Source of the DNA: Ramazzottius varieornatus
Lineage: Eukaryota; Animalia; Tardigrada
Direction: 5' to 3'
Assembly (NCBI GenBank): GCA_001949185.1
Contig: BDGG01000002.1
Location: 5,818,448 to 5,882,447, forward strand
Length of the DNA stretch: 64,000 nucleotides
Made by a program: the position numbers and the translations under genes. Below the pieces are notes generated by a model. The model saw nothing but the letters and a program-made list of their open reading frames with translations. It ran no database searches and had not been told where the DNA came from. Of the stretch, positions 1-12,713 are shown in pieces; the stretch's first letter is position 1, and each line of letters starts with the position of its first letter.

Positions 1-2540
1 TCGAACAGGAACAAAATTATGAAACCAATGGTCAAAATACTTCCGTAAATTTTTGCAGTATGGAAACCTCTTGGATGGCCTCGCGAACCTTACAGGAGGA
101 TGTGCAGAGCAAATAGGTTTCAGTCCTGCTGCTCTAGAGCTTGTGTTCAACCGCATTTTGAATCGGACGTCGATAGTCACCGTCGTTGCGACTTCAGAAG
201 ACGTAGGTGCTCCCTCATCAGGCTGTACAGTATTTTTGGCAGTTCCAATTTAATATCTTTCTTTTTCCAGAAATCACAGAATTTGACCCAGCTGAGAAAC
301 GGAATTATAACCGGATGCAGCTACAGGGTGCTATCCGCGGAAGAGATACCCACGAAAACGGGAGAGCGGCAGAGGCTGCTCCATCTGCAGAGTCCCTACC
401 AGACAACGGACTATGCATCAAGGACTGCTCTTGACCTGTACCCTCTTCAAGAAAAAGAGAGACTTGGTATTGGATTCTTGCCCGAAGGAGAGTTCTGGTT
501 GGTTTCACGTCAAACTTGTTTATGAGACCTTTGGACAATAACCGTTGCTCCATACTCATGGTAATTGTATGCAGGATGCCGGAAGGGGAGTTCCTGTCCA
601 CGTTTGACCACTTTGACTTGATCTACATGGACTCTGACACGAGTAGGTACCTTCCTGGTTCGTTGTTAGTCGAACATCAAGGTATACCTTATCATCTAAC
701 GCGACACTGTCTGTATAGGTTTCGATGAATCAACTCTGCAAAGGAAGATCCCGTTTCATATGAGAGTCTGGGAGGTAAGATTTCGATCCAGCGATCGCGC
801 TTTACCACAACCATATTTCATTGACAAAAATGGTTTCAAACAGGGAAGATGGCAGAAAGGAGTTACCGCCGGTGGTTGTCGGAATAACGTCGACACGTCT
901 TTCCATATCAACCCGCAGTTTTTGCTCATTACGGCTGAAGACGACGAAGTAGTCATTTCGGTGCATCAACACCTATGTCTGTCACCAATCGTTATCGGTT
1001 TCAGTATTTACGTATGTAGTTCCTTTCATCTACAGTAGCTGGACGTCCACTCACATGGGTTCTTGGTCCACAGGTCAACTCCAACGCTCAGTTTCATCGT
1101 CTGGAAGCTGCTCACTTTAAAAAGCGCCACGCGACGTTGCACAGCTCGTACACGAATACGCAACAAGTGACTGCGCGATGTCGACTGACCAGTGGTCAAT
1201 ATGGTAACTACCTGAGTGCATTTGCCGTCTCCATACTCCGAATCTTAGAATCCATGTTTCTGTTTTTCATAGTGATCATTCCCACATCATTCGAAGCGGG
1301 CCAAGAGGCAGCCTTTACTTTGCGTGTCTATTCGTCCGTTCCCGTCAATCTGGGTATCCTAGATGACATCCCTGCCCAACTGAAGCCTGCTGTGCAGAGA
1401 GCAACAAACGAGGACGCGGCACACGCGAAAGTGTTCGAAGCCGCGTTTCTGCAGTTAGCTGATGAAAGGAAGACCATCAATGCCTTCGATTTGGTGGACC
1501 TGCTGGATGCCGTACTTCCAAACGGTGAGAAGCTCCCGAACTAGTCGATTTTACAGGAATATCACAATAGCCAAGTCAAGGTTCCGTGCGGCCAGTTAAC
1601 AGTGAGTCGTTGCACGGTTGTGGGCCGCGAACTTAACCTTTTTGATTGACTTTTCGCGCTCATGTTTTGTAGATTACGTGAAGAGCTGCGCAACACCCGA
1701 ATGCTGTCGTGAGGTCGTGTTAGCATTTAATGTGAGTACCGCACTAAATTTTGGTTTTGAGCTCCCACGTTTAATCTGGGATGACCTTAGCCTTTTGGAG
1801 GCGGAAGACTGACGTATCAGAGTTTTCGGGATTTCGTCTTCAATCTGCGGATTTGGCAGGTAAAATTTGCGCTCCATGTCTGTTTTGAACAGCTTGGCTT
1901 GCCCAAACATTCTGCAAACTTCGATGATCTTTTGTAGGGCACGTTCAAAGCTCACTGTTTGGGAGCTGTATTACCGGCGGAAAAGTTGAAACAAGCGCTG
2001 CAGGAGGTTGGTAAGTTGAACTTCCGTTCGGAGGGCGAATCGTGTTCGGATAACTTAAGTTAGCGGTCTAATTACACTTGCAATAACTTATTTGCTCATT
2101 CAAGCGTCGATGATGTACGGTAAGACATCAATCTGAAAATCGGCATGCTCTTTTTGACAGGCTTTAGATTAAACTCTGACATCTTGTCGCTGCTGATGCT
2201 TCGCCATATGAGGAAGGAAGGCACGCTGCGCTTCGGTGATTTTATAACATGCATTCTTCACCTGCAAACTGCATTCAGTAAGTACGAAACCACGGACCAT
2301 TGTGGGTCTTCGCTGTGTTTCGTATAGTAATGTTACCACAGACGCATCTTCTGCGCTCATTTTACAGGTATCTTCAACCGCAAAGATCCATCACAAGCAG
2401 GAAAAACAACCATGACTATGGCGGAGGTGAGTTTGGCCTGAAATATTTTCTTGACCAAGCGGACATTCTCCCCTTGCACTTTACAAAGACCTGTACTATT
2501 TTCGTCATCCTAGTGGCTTCGAAGTTCACTCCGGTGCTGA
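1..2540 (+). CDS. Calpain-C-like (catalytically inactive calpain), multi-exon, 5' part outside window
   Basis: Spliced segments give LANLTGGCAE, EGEFW, domain III (GRWQKGVTAGGCRNNVDTSFHINPQF; IIPTSFEAGQEAAFTLRVYS) and a penta-EF-like tail (LRHMRKEGTLRFGDFITCILHL ... WLRSSLRC*, stop 2538-2540). The His and Asn catalytic positions read TGCSY and LQSP. Confidence 0.88.
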
Positions 2541-3154
2541 TGGGTAATCGACAGCGGGAAGAATGTGTTCATCCGAAGTAGTTGAGAGACACCATGACAG
2601 TGTTTTCACAGAGTAGACCGTGTACAGGTTTGTTGTTATGCTCCTGCAGAGCCACCGAATACTCTGATCTAAGCAGTGTACGAGTGGTTACATCTGTGTT
2701 CGAGCAGAGTTTCATCTCAGAAATTTACAATACTGTATCACCCGACAAAATCATATGGCCATGATTTCTAAGAACCTCCAGGCAGAAAAAAACGCTAAAC
2801 AGATGCAGTTTTACTTCTTGGACAGGGTACTCTCAATCTCCAACGTTCGGCCGGAAGTACAGATGGTGCGGCCGAAGTAAACCACCCTTAAACCACATTA
2901 TGTCAGGAGCCACTGCGACTCACCATTTATTCTCTGAAATATAACAGGATAACTGCCACTGGCGGTGGACGAAGGCATAACCGCGTCAGCTGAGCGGGCC
3001 CAGAAGTCAATGGAGGCGCCAGTATCTTTGCCACCGGCGCGGCGATGGGCTTTCCAAGAAGCCTTCAAAGCTGAGACTTTCAATCTTGCGGTGACCAAGG
3101 GACTTGAGACGAAGAAGGCTTTCAAGCACGCACGAAGGTCACTCTTTAGGCGAC

Positions 3155-4235
3155 CTACTCCATCAAGGCTTCCATGAGCTCTGGCGCCTTATCTTCCCAT
3201 CCGGTCATGAAAGCGTCGTACTCTTCTGGAGTAGGTGGCGTCAGACCGGCTTGCTTTGCCGCCAACTGCATTATACGGTAGCCTGAAAAAGCCCACTTCG
3301 AGAAAGTCTGGCTTTGGTCGAAGCGCGGATCTGACCTGGATCACGCCCATGCAGACAGTCCCAGCACGCAAGACTATAAAGAGGAACAAGTTAATAAGCG
3401 AAAGAGTGGAATTGCGAAGAGGATTTTTGTACCTTCCCGTCTGTCCAATGCGGCAACAGGTCCGACAACACTTAAATAAGGGCCATAGGCACATCACGAA
3501 GACCAGTAGAAATATGGTTCCAAGTATTATTCCAGTGTAAATCTTCACTTTCATTTCAGGCGATATCTGAAACTCGTCCTGGGAATTTTCTTCGAGCTAT
3601 CGAAAACAAGATCTCAAACAAGAGTTTGACGTCAAGGTCTTTTTTTCGGCTGCCATGGATTACTCACCTCTTCGTCGCTCTTCCTCCTGTCATGCTCTTG
3701 TTTAGCGGCTCGAAGTGCCTCATTTAGTTCCCTCCTGTCTTTGGCAGATTCACGTTTGGATCTGCCTGTTGCGTTGTTCGACACCGAGCTCGACGACAGA
3801 TGGAGTGACCGGTTGATTCTCGGTACCACAGAGGTCGTCGTTTCTTGAATGGTATGAAATGGAAAAATATCATCTAGATCAAGTGTTCCGTTGATATGCG
3901 TTCCGCTAGCTTGCATCAGAGGTGGTTCCTCTTCACTCTGTTCATGAGAGCCGTTGGTCGAGATCTCGAAATGTGCCGACCATGAGTACGAGACATGCTG
4001 CTGCCCGTCCTTTGACGTAGAAAGAGGTAAGTTGGCCTACCACATGAAAAAAGTGCGAAAATTATTACCGCAATCGTAATGTCATGCGCAATTACTGATA
4101 ACCGGTTCATGTTTCCGTTTCGCTACCTACTCGTATGACGTGTAACGAAAGCAACCAGCTGTAATGGAGAAAGAAAAGGAGCCAAAGACTGTTATACGAG
4201 GTCCAGTAGGTAATAAACGTAGCTCCCATCTTCAT
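3155..4235 (-). CDS. Uncharacterised type I single-pass membrane protein (~265 aa, 5 exons)
   Basis: Phase-consistent GT-AG splicing joins a hydrophobic N-terminus (MKMGATFITYW...LWLLFFLHYSWLLSLHVIR), an S/T-rich ectodomain with RSKR, a TM helix (IYTGIILGTIFLLVFVMCLWPLF), a CCRTCC cluster and a tail ending ...APELMEALME*. Confidence 0.65.
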
Positions 4236-7161
4236 TGATGTGATGAACAACAACCAGGCAGATGGTTGCTTCTCGCTGTGGCTTTATCGATTACAGTGCC
4301 AGGTGGTGCAACCTCAGCCGGGTTAGTTACAAATGTTACCATGCTTACAGTTACAGGTGCACCTGGACCCGGAAGTGCCTGTTAAGAGGAAATCCCAGTG
4401 TATCCATTAGCAAACTGACCGTAAGACGGAATATTTCCTCTAGTTCAACTAATCTTTCCGGCGTGCCGTAGCTGTTGTGCCTGAATTATAAACGGAAAAC
4501 CGGTCGACACGCACTGGACCATCATGGACTATAACTACCTTCAGTATGGTGGCTAGTTGTGATGCTGAGCTTATCCGACATCGGTATCTCAACTTGAGTC
4601 TACCTTTTCATTTTCAGGTTTTCTTGAGCAAGCGTATACCTTTTCAAGTCCGTTGACTCGCCGGCTTAACCATTTTTTTACTAGGGAGCTGCGAGGCGGT
4701 GTTAATCCATTGCCGCTGCACCCTGTACCAGTTCCAGGTCTAAGTGGTTCCACGATACAAATTAGATAATCAATATGCGGTCGTTCGTTGCTCCAGGCAG
4801 TTGTTTGCGGACAGGTCACAGGTGAGAGGGATCACATCGATGGTGCCTTATCCCCATTTCATATTCCCGGTAGCAGAGAGACTAGAGGGGGTACGGTACG
4901 TACGTCGCGCCAGTCTTCCAATGATAAAGTCATTGCCGGACTAACGACCATTAAAGGTTGAGGTCAAAGGGATGACCTTGGGTTGACCTTTAGCTGCTTG
5001 GACAAACCGACAGTTCGGCCTTACCTGACAGATCGAGTCGTTGCCCATTAACTACGTATGCACGTACAAGAAGCGCCTGCGTTTGTGGCGTAGGTCTGGC
5101 AGGCACCTAAATACGGCTCACTGCGGAGCTGCTATCGTAAGTAAGTATCGAACCACGTGGGCAAACGAACATGGCTCAAGGGTGAGCAAGGCACGTGACA
5201 CATGAACACTTCTGAATGAATTCACCAGGTTATTACGAAAGCAGCTTGACATCCCGTGCTCGACGAGGCTTCTTAGCTTCCTTCCACCTTGCTTTCTCTT
5301 CGCCACCTGTAAACACTCGGATCACCGGTGCACGTTAGCCTTGCAGTTTGCTGTTGAGTTTGCACGGTTCCATATCATCGTGCTCCGACGCTGTATAACC
5401 TAGGAATCTTGTCACTTTAACAGTCAAGTAACCGTAATGTTACCGACTCTGCCGGGGCGTGGCCTCTGTGCGTATGCGACCAATGGTGTTGTTCGCCGTA
5501 GTGGTGAGTGCCTCTACCGCTTCCCTGTTTTGCTCCTCTACGGTATACAGTAAACAGCGGTTCCTCTACCTATTCTAATCTCTCTGCCGGTAGCATGCGT
5601 TTAATGGTCCTTTCGTGCCGGGACTCGTGGGTGAACGGACGCCCTTGTGGACGGCTTGTAAAGGAACAGCGCTCAAGGTCCACAAGCTCTTCACGGCTCA
5701 CTCTTCATTGGTTTTATGCTTTCCAAGTTTTAAAGTCTGTGACAGGCCCAGGATCAACGTTTTATCGAAGCGAGACTCTGAAGGTTTCACGGCTTCGACA
5801 AATAAACTTAATTCCCTCGATTGTGAAGGTCGCCAGCACTTCCATCACGACCATTGATCAGCATGACACTGCTCAGGCTGTATTTTTCGAACATTACGAC
5901 TTAATGACCGCCGCTTTTCATCGGACTACGTGACTTTGCATCGAGATCGAGAAATTTCGCCAAACGAGATGCTGTTCTGCATGGCTGGTAAGTCCCCGGC
6001 AAGGCCCGAGCTGCAATGCTGACAATGCATCCCTTCCGGTGTCCACATGGTCTTAAAACATCAACCAAAGGTAACTGATATCACGTGACCACCGGAAGGA
6101 AGGCATTTTCAGCGCTGTATACGTATACGCATTACTTCCTGAATTTCATCAGGCCGAGCGAAACGAGGCTCTTTTAAGTCTGTCGAGATTTCAATGGACG
6201 ATCACATTGTTCGAGCTTTCACATATCGCAAACTCTGTACTGAAAACAAATGCGTAACTTGATCCGGGTCACAGAAATTTTTTACTCGCAAGTGCAACAT
6301 AACGCAGTAGAAGTGTGTGGCCTATAATCTTTTGCCTCCTTTGCTCGGCCTTCCCAGTGGTCAGAAGTCAGAACCACTAGCTAGTGATTAGTAATCATTG
6401 CAGCTTTCGGTTACATTGGATGGGCTTGATAGTCGTCTGATCGAGCAGTATGGTGCTGTTTTCTCCGAGAACTTTCCCACAGTGCATTCTTCTGAAACTA
6501 GCAGACACGAAATTCACGAATCATTACGTTTAATTTCCCGGCATATGTCACCGCCATACTTGCCGGTAATGTCATATGACATGACTTCATAGGACGGTTC
6601 GCATAACAGCCTTCAAGTTCAGGTGGTTTGCTAAAGATCAGTCTTCTTTCTGGCTTGTCCGATTTCCGCTGTATCCTGTCATCCTTGTGTTATCTGTGCT
6701 CAGGGAACCAGGTCTTGGGAACGGGACTTTCGAGTTTAGGTATGAATGGTTCAAGTTGTTTGCTCAGCGTGGCATACGTTGGATGATGATGTTCGTCCTT
6801 GTACAGTACAGTTCGTACGGACTGTTCTTACTGTGACTAATGATCAGGCGTCTTGTTTTCCAGGGTGTGTTACTTTGGTTTGAAAAGCGATTCACCACTC
6901 TGATTGGAAGCTGCCCCAAACTACTGCGGCGGAAAGCTGAAACTGGACATTATCGAATTTTCTGAGGGACGAATCAATTTTGTACAGATTGATTCCTGTG
7001 TTTACCACAAGCGATAGATGCTGTATTATGCCTGTACATAAGAAATCGAATCAACGTTCCGCATCACTTCGAGCATCGCTAATGATTGACACTTCTTCAC
7101 TCCAACGCTTCATTGGCATTGATCTCTCCTGATACCCGGATGCCTTCAAGTACTGTTTCTC

Positions 7162-10100
7162 ATGGCGCTCCCCAGGAAAATTACCAAGATTCAGGAGCTG
7201 GAAGCTCACTCTTCTGCTGTAACGTGTGTGGCCTTGGGTCAGCTCAACGGAAGGTATGGCGACGATGAATTACCTCCTACAGTGCTTTAGTCTCCTTTCA
7301 TCTTCCGTGTTTTTATAGGGTTCTAGCTACAGGAGGAGCTGACTGCTTCGTTAATTTGTGGGTGCTCGGGCAGAAAACTGCGTTGAAGTCGTTGCCTGGG
7401 TTGTCATCCGCTGCTGAGTGTGTGCGGTTCGATCCAACCGAAGAATCTGTGGCTGCCGGAAGTTCATCCGGAGCTCTGAAGGTAACGAAAAACTGAATTG
7501 GAGTTTCCGTTTCTGTGTCGTTCGTCGGACTTTTGGTGAGGATTTCCCATCGTCACTGCCATTTAAGCTTAACCAAACAATATTCAATTATTCAACAAGT
7601 GGTTGTGTAACACTTCGCCCACTATATACATCTAAATTAATTTTGTGCGTGTTGTATTCACTTTACTTGTAGAACTAATCGCAATATACATAGTATTATG
7701 CAAACGAACCATCAAATCTCAATAATATGCATGTTTTATTGCTTAATTCTAGATATGGGATATCGAAGCGGATAAAATTAAGCGAAACCTCACCGGTCAT
7801 AAAACGGGAGTTACGGTATATTTGTTTGTAGAGCCTGAACCATTGAACTCAATAAATTTCTTCGTGTGTTTGACAGTCATTCATCCTAGGCGTTGGACTT
7901 TCTCTCCTTTGATCCGAACTTTATGGTAAGCGGTTCCGCGGACTGCACAATCAAGATATGGGACCTGCGACGGAAGACCTGTGTGGTCTCGTACAAAGGA
8001 CATCAGGACACAGTGAGGGAAGTACTCTTCTCTCCGCACGGCAAATGGATCACTTCGGGAGGAATCGATGGGACCATTCAAATCTATCAATGGCAAGCGG
8101 GGAAGTCACTCAAGGAACTGATTCATGCCAAAGCGGCAGTGTATTCGCTGGCCTTCCATCCGAAAGACCTACTCCTAGGTTAGATAACATATGGTCCCAT
8201 AACCCTATTTACTTTATCGGGTGTCCTATTTAGTTTACCTCATTCAAACTCGGTTTGAGATCAATCCCCATTCGAAAATCACTTTTGCAATTTCCCCATT
8301 AATCCAAAATCTCCGTAAAGTAGGCAAACAGGATGTTGTAGCCATCTCACCTACATGCATACTTGGTCGACAACGGTAGTAGAACGGGTTGGTGTATGCA
8401 GGCTATGTATGTGGTATTTATTCTGTTTTTCGACCTTCCGTTCAGGGTGTTTTATCATTCTTTTCGACTTGGAACGTTCGGTGACTCATGTGTCGACTGT
8501 TTTGTAGCTTCGACCGGTCAGGATGGTGTGGTGAAGTTCTGGGATCTCGAAACCTTCGAAGTGGTCAGTTCGACCGAGAAAGACTCCTCGCCCGTTCGGT
8601 GCATTCGCTTCCAGAAAGATGGTTCTTCGCTGCTGGCAGGTTGCGATGACATGCTGAAAGTCTTCGGCTGGGAACCAGCAGTGTGTCATGATGTCATCCC
8701 GGTCGGCTGGGGCAGGGTAGCCGACATGGCTGTTTCCGGAAGTTCCTCTCAACTGGTTACCGCATCTGCTGGAAAGACTTCGGTCGCGACATACCTTGTC
8801 GATCTCACACTCCTTCGAAACTCTCAGGACTCGGATGTGGTCGATGCGGTGGAGGCTGTCGCATCTGCTCAACTAACTCCTGTGTACCGAACCTTGCCTC
8901 GGCGGCTGAAGGACGCCAAGAAGAAGGAAGCGGACAAACCGACAGTCTCGAGACCGTTCGTCAGAAGTCAGAGTCGCGATCCCGGATCGCGTCCAGGGAA
9001 AATATCGCAAGATAACTCGAGCGACCATCCCGTCAATGTAGGCCCACCCTTTCAGAATAATTAGCTCTGAATTCCATGATTGACGGCAAGCGGAATGTTC
9101 AAGATCGTTATCGTAACTGACGCATGCTTCGAGTTAATAACACTGAAAACGTGCGCCACTTAGGTTAGTGGTCTTGATGCTATTGCCGGTCTCCTATTCT
9201 GAAAAAGGCAGTTGTAATGAAATTAGGACGTCGTATGAAGTGCTCAGGGTTGGAGGTTGTGGAAACTAACGGAATCTGTTTATCTTTGTAGGAGGAGATA
9301 TTTTTACCTCCAAAGAGGCCTGTGATGCGGTCTCCAGCTCGAGCACGGAGTCCTTCGAGCGACTCGAGTTCCTCTCCGTCCAGAGGCCGTGGACGTTCTG
9401 TCTCTCCCTCTCGCAAGCATCCAAAGTCCCTCGCACTGTCACGCGACCACGCCAACAGTGAGCCAAAAGTTCAACCAAGCCGTCCTTCAGTCAAACCTGC
9501 TTCCGGGGCCAAGACCCTGGAAGGTGATCTCTCCCGTCTTTCTCTGCATCGCTCCCAAAGCGATACTCCTCACGATGCCGAAATGTCTCCCATGGCTCAA
9601 AAGATAAATGTGCCATACAGAAGGTCCTTCTTTCCTTCTGGTAACTCTGCTCAGAATACCTCTCCGTCCTTTGTTAGTGATTATGAAAGTGGGTCCTCCA
9701 TGTCCTCTTCTCCCTCCCATTACCGTGCACCTATCATGCCTGTGTTCCCTGTCAAGTCTCATTCTCAGTATTCCATGTCGGGCAACGATGTGTCTCCGCC
9801 TGAGCACCATTACACTGGTGGTGGCAATGTTTTAACGAAGATCAACGTCAGCCATCGCTCTGTACATTTACAGCTGAAAGATAGGCTGGATTGCCTGCGC
9901 TCGATCCAACAGTTGGCAGGAGCGGGAGACGTGAAGGTAACGGGAATCTTCATCATGCATTTCAGAATTCGGGAGGTGAATTGAGCCTGTTCGTTATCTC
10001 AAGTCGCGCATGTTTCCATTGTTATTGACCGAAAGTGTGCGCCACTTGAGCGATCTGGCTCAGTCGTTCGCCCACGTTCCAGTATGAAACACCTTATATT

Positions 10101-10580
10101 GCGCTTTTGCAGTCTATCGTGGATGCCACCGTGAGATTTAACGACCTGTCAATCCTCGTTGACGTCCTGAACCTTCTATGCCTTAAACCTTCGCTGTGGT
10201 CTCTGGACTGCTGCTCCTTAGCTTTGCCTCACCTGCAGTCCCTCATCTCGCACAAGAACGAAAGCTATGTCCTGGCGGCTACCAACACGCTGAAGATCTT
10301 TCTAAAGAACTTCGCGGCTGTGATCAAGAATACTCTGGAAGCCGGTCCGGGAATAGGCGTTGACATATCCAGAGAAGAAAGGTACGGAACAAATTCGTAG
10401 AAATATAGATTCGAAATCTACTTTCTTCTAATTATTTTCAGGGTTCAGAAGAGTCGGTTCTGTTACAGCCACCTTTTGCTTCTGAGAGGTTCCATCGAGA
10501 AGGACTCCAGAAGTTTGTCGCAGAATTTGAGGAAGGAGTTTCGGCAGGTTAAACTTCTGATGCAATCCATTGACAATTGA
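7162..10580 (+). CDS. KATNB1: Katanin p80 WD40 subunit B1
   Basis: MALPRKITKIQELEAHSSAVTCVALG..., WD40 repeats (SGSADCTIKIWDLRRK; DGVVKFWDLETF), an S/P/R-rich linker and a con80 domain (LSILVDVLNLL...PSLWSLDCC...GIGVDISREER). Confidence 0.95.
9993..10060. repeat. Short dispersed intronic repeat (copies at ~9107-9165, 9993-10060, 17270-17340)
   Basis: Shared GTTAT...CATG(T/C)TTC...GTGCGCCACTT core; the last two copies also share AGCGATCTG. Confidence 0.65.
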
Positions 10581-10783
10581 ACGTTTCAACTTACTGTGTG
10601 AGTCTACGGAGTTTCTTTAGTTCTCACAGTTTCGAAACTGTTTTGTTTACATGTGCTTCAAACGACCCCTGTAAGTTCTTCACGTTTTGAATCTGAAATC
10701 TTGTGTGGTTCTACTCTGATGTACAGAACAAATCTCACTTTGGTTTTTATTCGAGTCTCTTCACAGTAGGGTTATCTTCTATA

Positions 10784-12713
10784 TCACCTTGAGAATATTT
10801 CATTAATCGGGTCCTCGCTTTTGACTCCAGCATTTCTCAACATCTGCTCAAACCCGATAGGTTTTCCTGAGAAAGTATCGTAACTCCTTGGACACTGCTC
10901 ACTGCAATTAGGCAGCGCGCAATCGTCTATAAGACGATGAGAGCAAGTTTTAGAAAAACTGTCAAGGCTAACTTCAAACGGTGAGTAGTCTACAGATCGT
11001 TTGTCTCTTTGGCCTAGGAAAGAAGATGGCTGCTCTTTAGTCCATTGCTTTGCTACTGCCGACCGGCTCTCGGCCCTTCGACACGGGCATCGCTTGCGCA
11101 AAAAACCTCCACTTTTGAGCTTCACCTGGCTTTTCATCTTTCTTCTGCATAGCCGAGCTTCTTTGGATGTACAGAGAGGCCTTGGTGGTTTAGCCGCCGC
11201 GTCAGCTTGTTCGAAGTCTGGTAGGAGGGGGGACGGTGGAGGAACGTTGTTTTCGGTGGAACCATCCCACCAGCATCGAAGAGCCTCACCAAAGCTCACA
11301 CCGTCAATCGAGAAGGAAGTCCATTGCCGGTCGTTCAGCACCACGTGTCCGACACAAGCGGGAGCAAACACGGCTCTGCGAAACGAACAGTAAGTAGACT
11401 TGCGAGTACTTCAGTCTAGCAAAGCACTTACGAAACGTTTTGGAGATCTCTAATCAGTTTGGTGCGTATGGACTGCACGTAAAGTCCCTGTGCCTTTGTC
11501 CTTGGAACAAACGCATTGCTGGCCATCAGCTGGGCTTCATCGTACAGCCACTGGAAGATGAATACTGGAGACTGTAAGGTGCTGTAGATGTTCGAGCCAT
11601 AGAAGCAGTTCCAAGGCTCGTGTCGGTGGCTGCTCATGCACCGACCCGGAAGTTCACTGTTCCACAACTTGATTCCTTTCCGCAGGGTGGCAGCAGGTGA
11701 GCATCGACGCGGATCCATGCAGTCGGTCTTGCTGTACGGAGCAGCATCCAGGAACCAGCCAGAGTCGACTAATCCGCGGACCTTGATCTTCGAGCCGTGC
11801 ATCCGGAGCCAATGGCCCACTGTGTCGACGTTCAATAAAACTCCTGTTGCACCGGCGCTGCTTCCCGCCAAAAGCAGCCTTTTACCCTTGCGCAGGCCTT
11901 TTGCTAGTAGCTGAGTAATGACTTCCTGGAGGATCAAAGAGCCCATAAAAGCGAGCTTTTGCCCTTTTCCTTTGGGAGTATTGCCTGTCCACACATCACT
12001 CGAACAATACGGAATATACCTGTGGAGAAAAGTACACGGTAAGAGTTATCTCGATCTATTAAGTGTGTATAAATTTCGATCGTCGATCTGTTAGAGATCC
12101 TCATTGACAGCTCTTACACAATGTTGGCTCTCCAGAAAATCGGGTTCTCTTCTTCATCACCGGATAAAATCCCACCGGCTGCATGATATGTTTGCCAGCT
12201 TTTGGAAGACATCAGTGATGGAGTGTGAAGCCAGCGCGACATGCAACTCGCCTCGTCATGACAGTACCATCCACCCTCCAAGAAAATTAGCCACAATTTG
12301 CTTCTCGGGTACCTCCGCAAATAATACCTGCGAAAAAAAATAGTAATGCAGTTGAAAACCGGTCTTTATGATCTCTTAACTTGCAAAATATGCGGTGATG
12401 GAATAAAAATTAATTACCCAGCGGGACTGCCATCATTGCAGGTAGCCGAAGAGTTCTTTAACAATACCCGTCGCAGGACGTTGGGGTCGTCCTCTTGCCA
12501 ACTTGTGCTGATAGATTCCAGCGTATTCTTCCGGGTACGCGAAGCTTTAGGCCGAGTACTGTCGTCCATCCACCAGGATGCTTCAAACACGTCCGCAGAG
12601 TTTTTGATCCGGGATGCGCGAGATGACGAGGGCATCGAATGGGTCGAAGAGATATTGAAGAAAACCGAGGTGAGATGCACGACCGCCACTACGTGAAACA
12701 ACAAGGAACCCAT
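10784..12713 (-). CDS. NOTUM: Notum palmitoleoyl-protein carboxylesterase (pectinacetylesterase family)
   Basis: Signal peptide, TCNDGSPAG, FLEGGWYC, YCSSDVW, nucleophile GSSAG, QWLYDEAQL, FAPACVGH and C-terminal C..RLIDDC..PNC...CP. Confidence 0.95.

Noticed and set aside
4300-7100. Short ORFs between the orphan gene and KATNB1
   Set aside because: No recognisable domain or consistent spliced frame; probably UTR or regulatory DNA.
9077-9120. C/D box snoRNA in a KATNB1 intron (ATGATTGA...CTGA)
   Set aside because: Imperfect C box, too short and no terminal stem.
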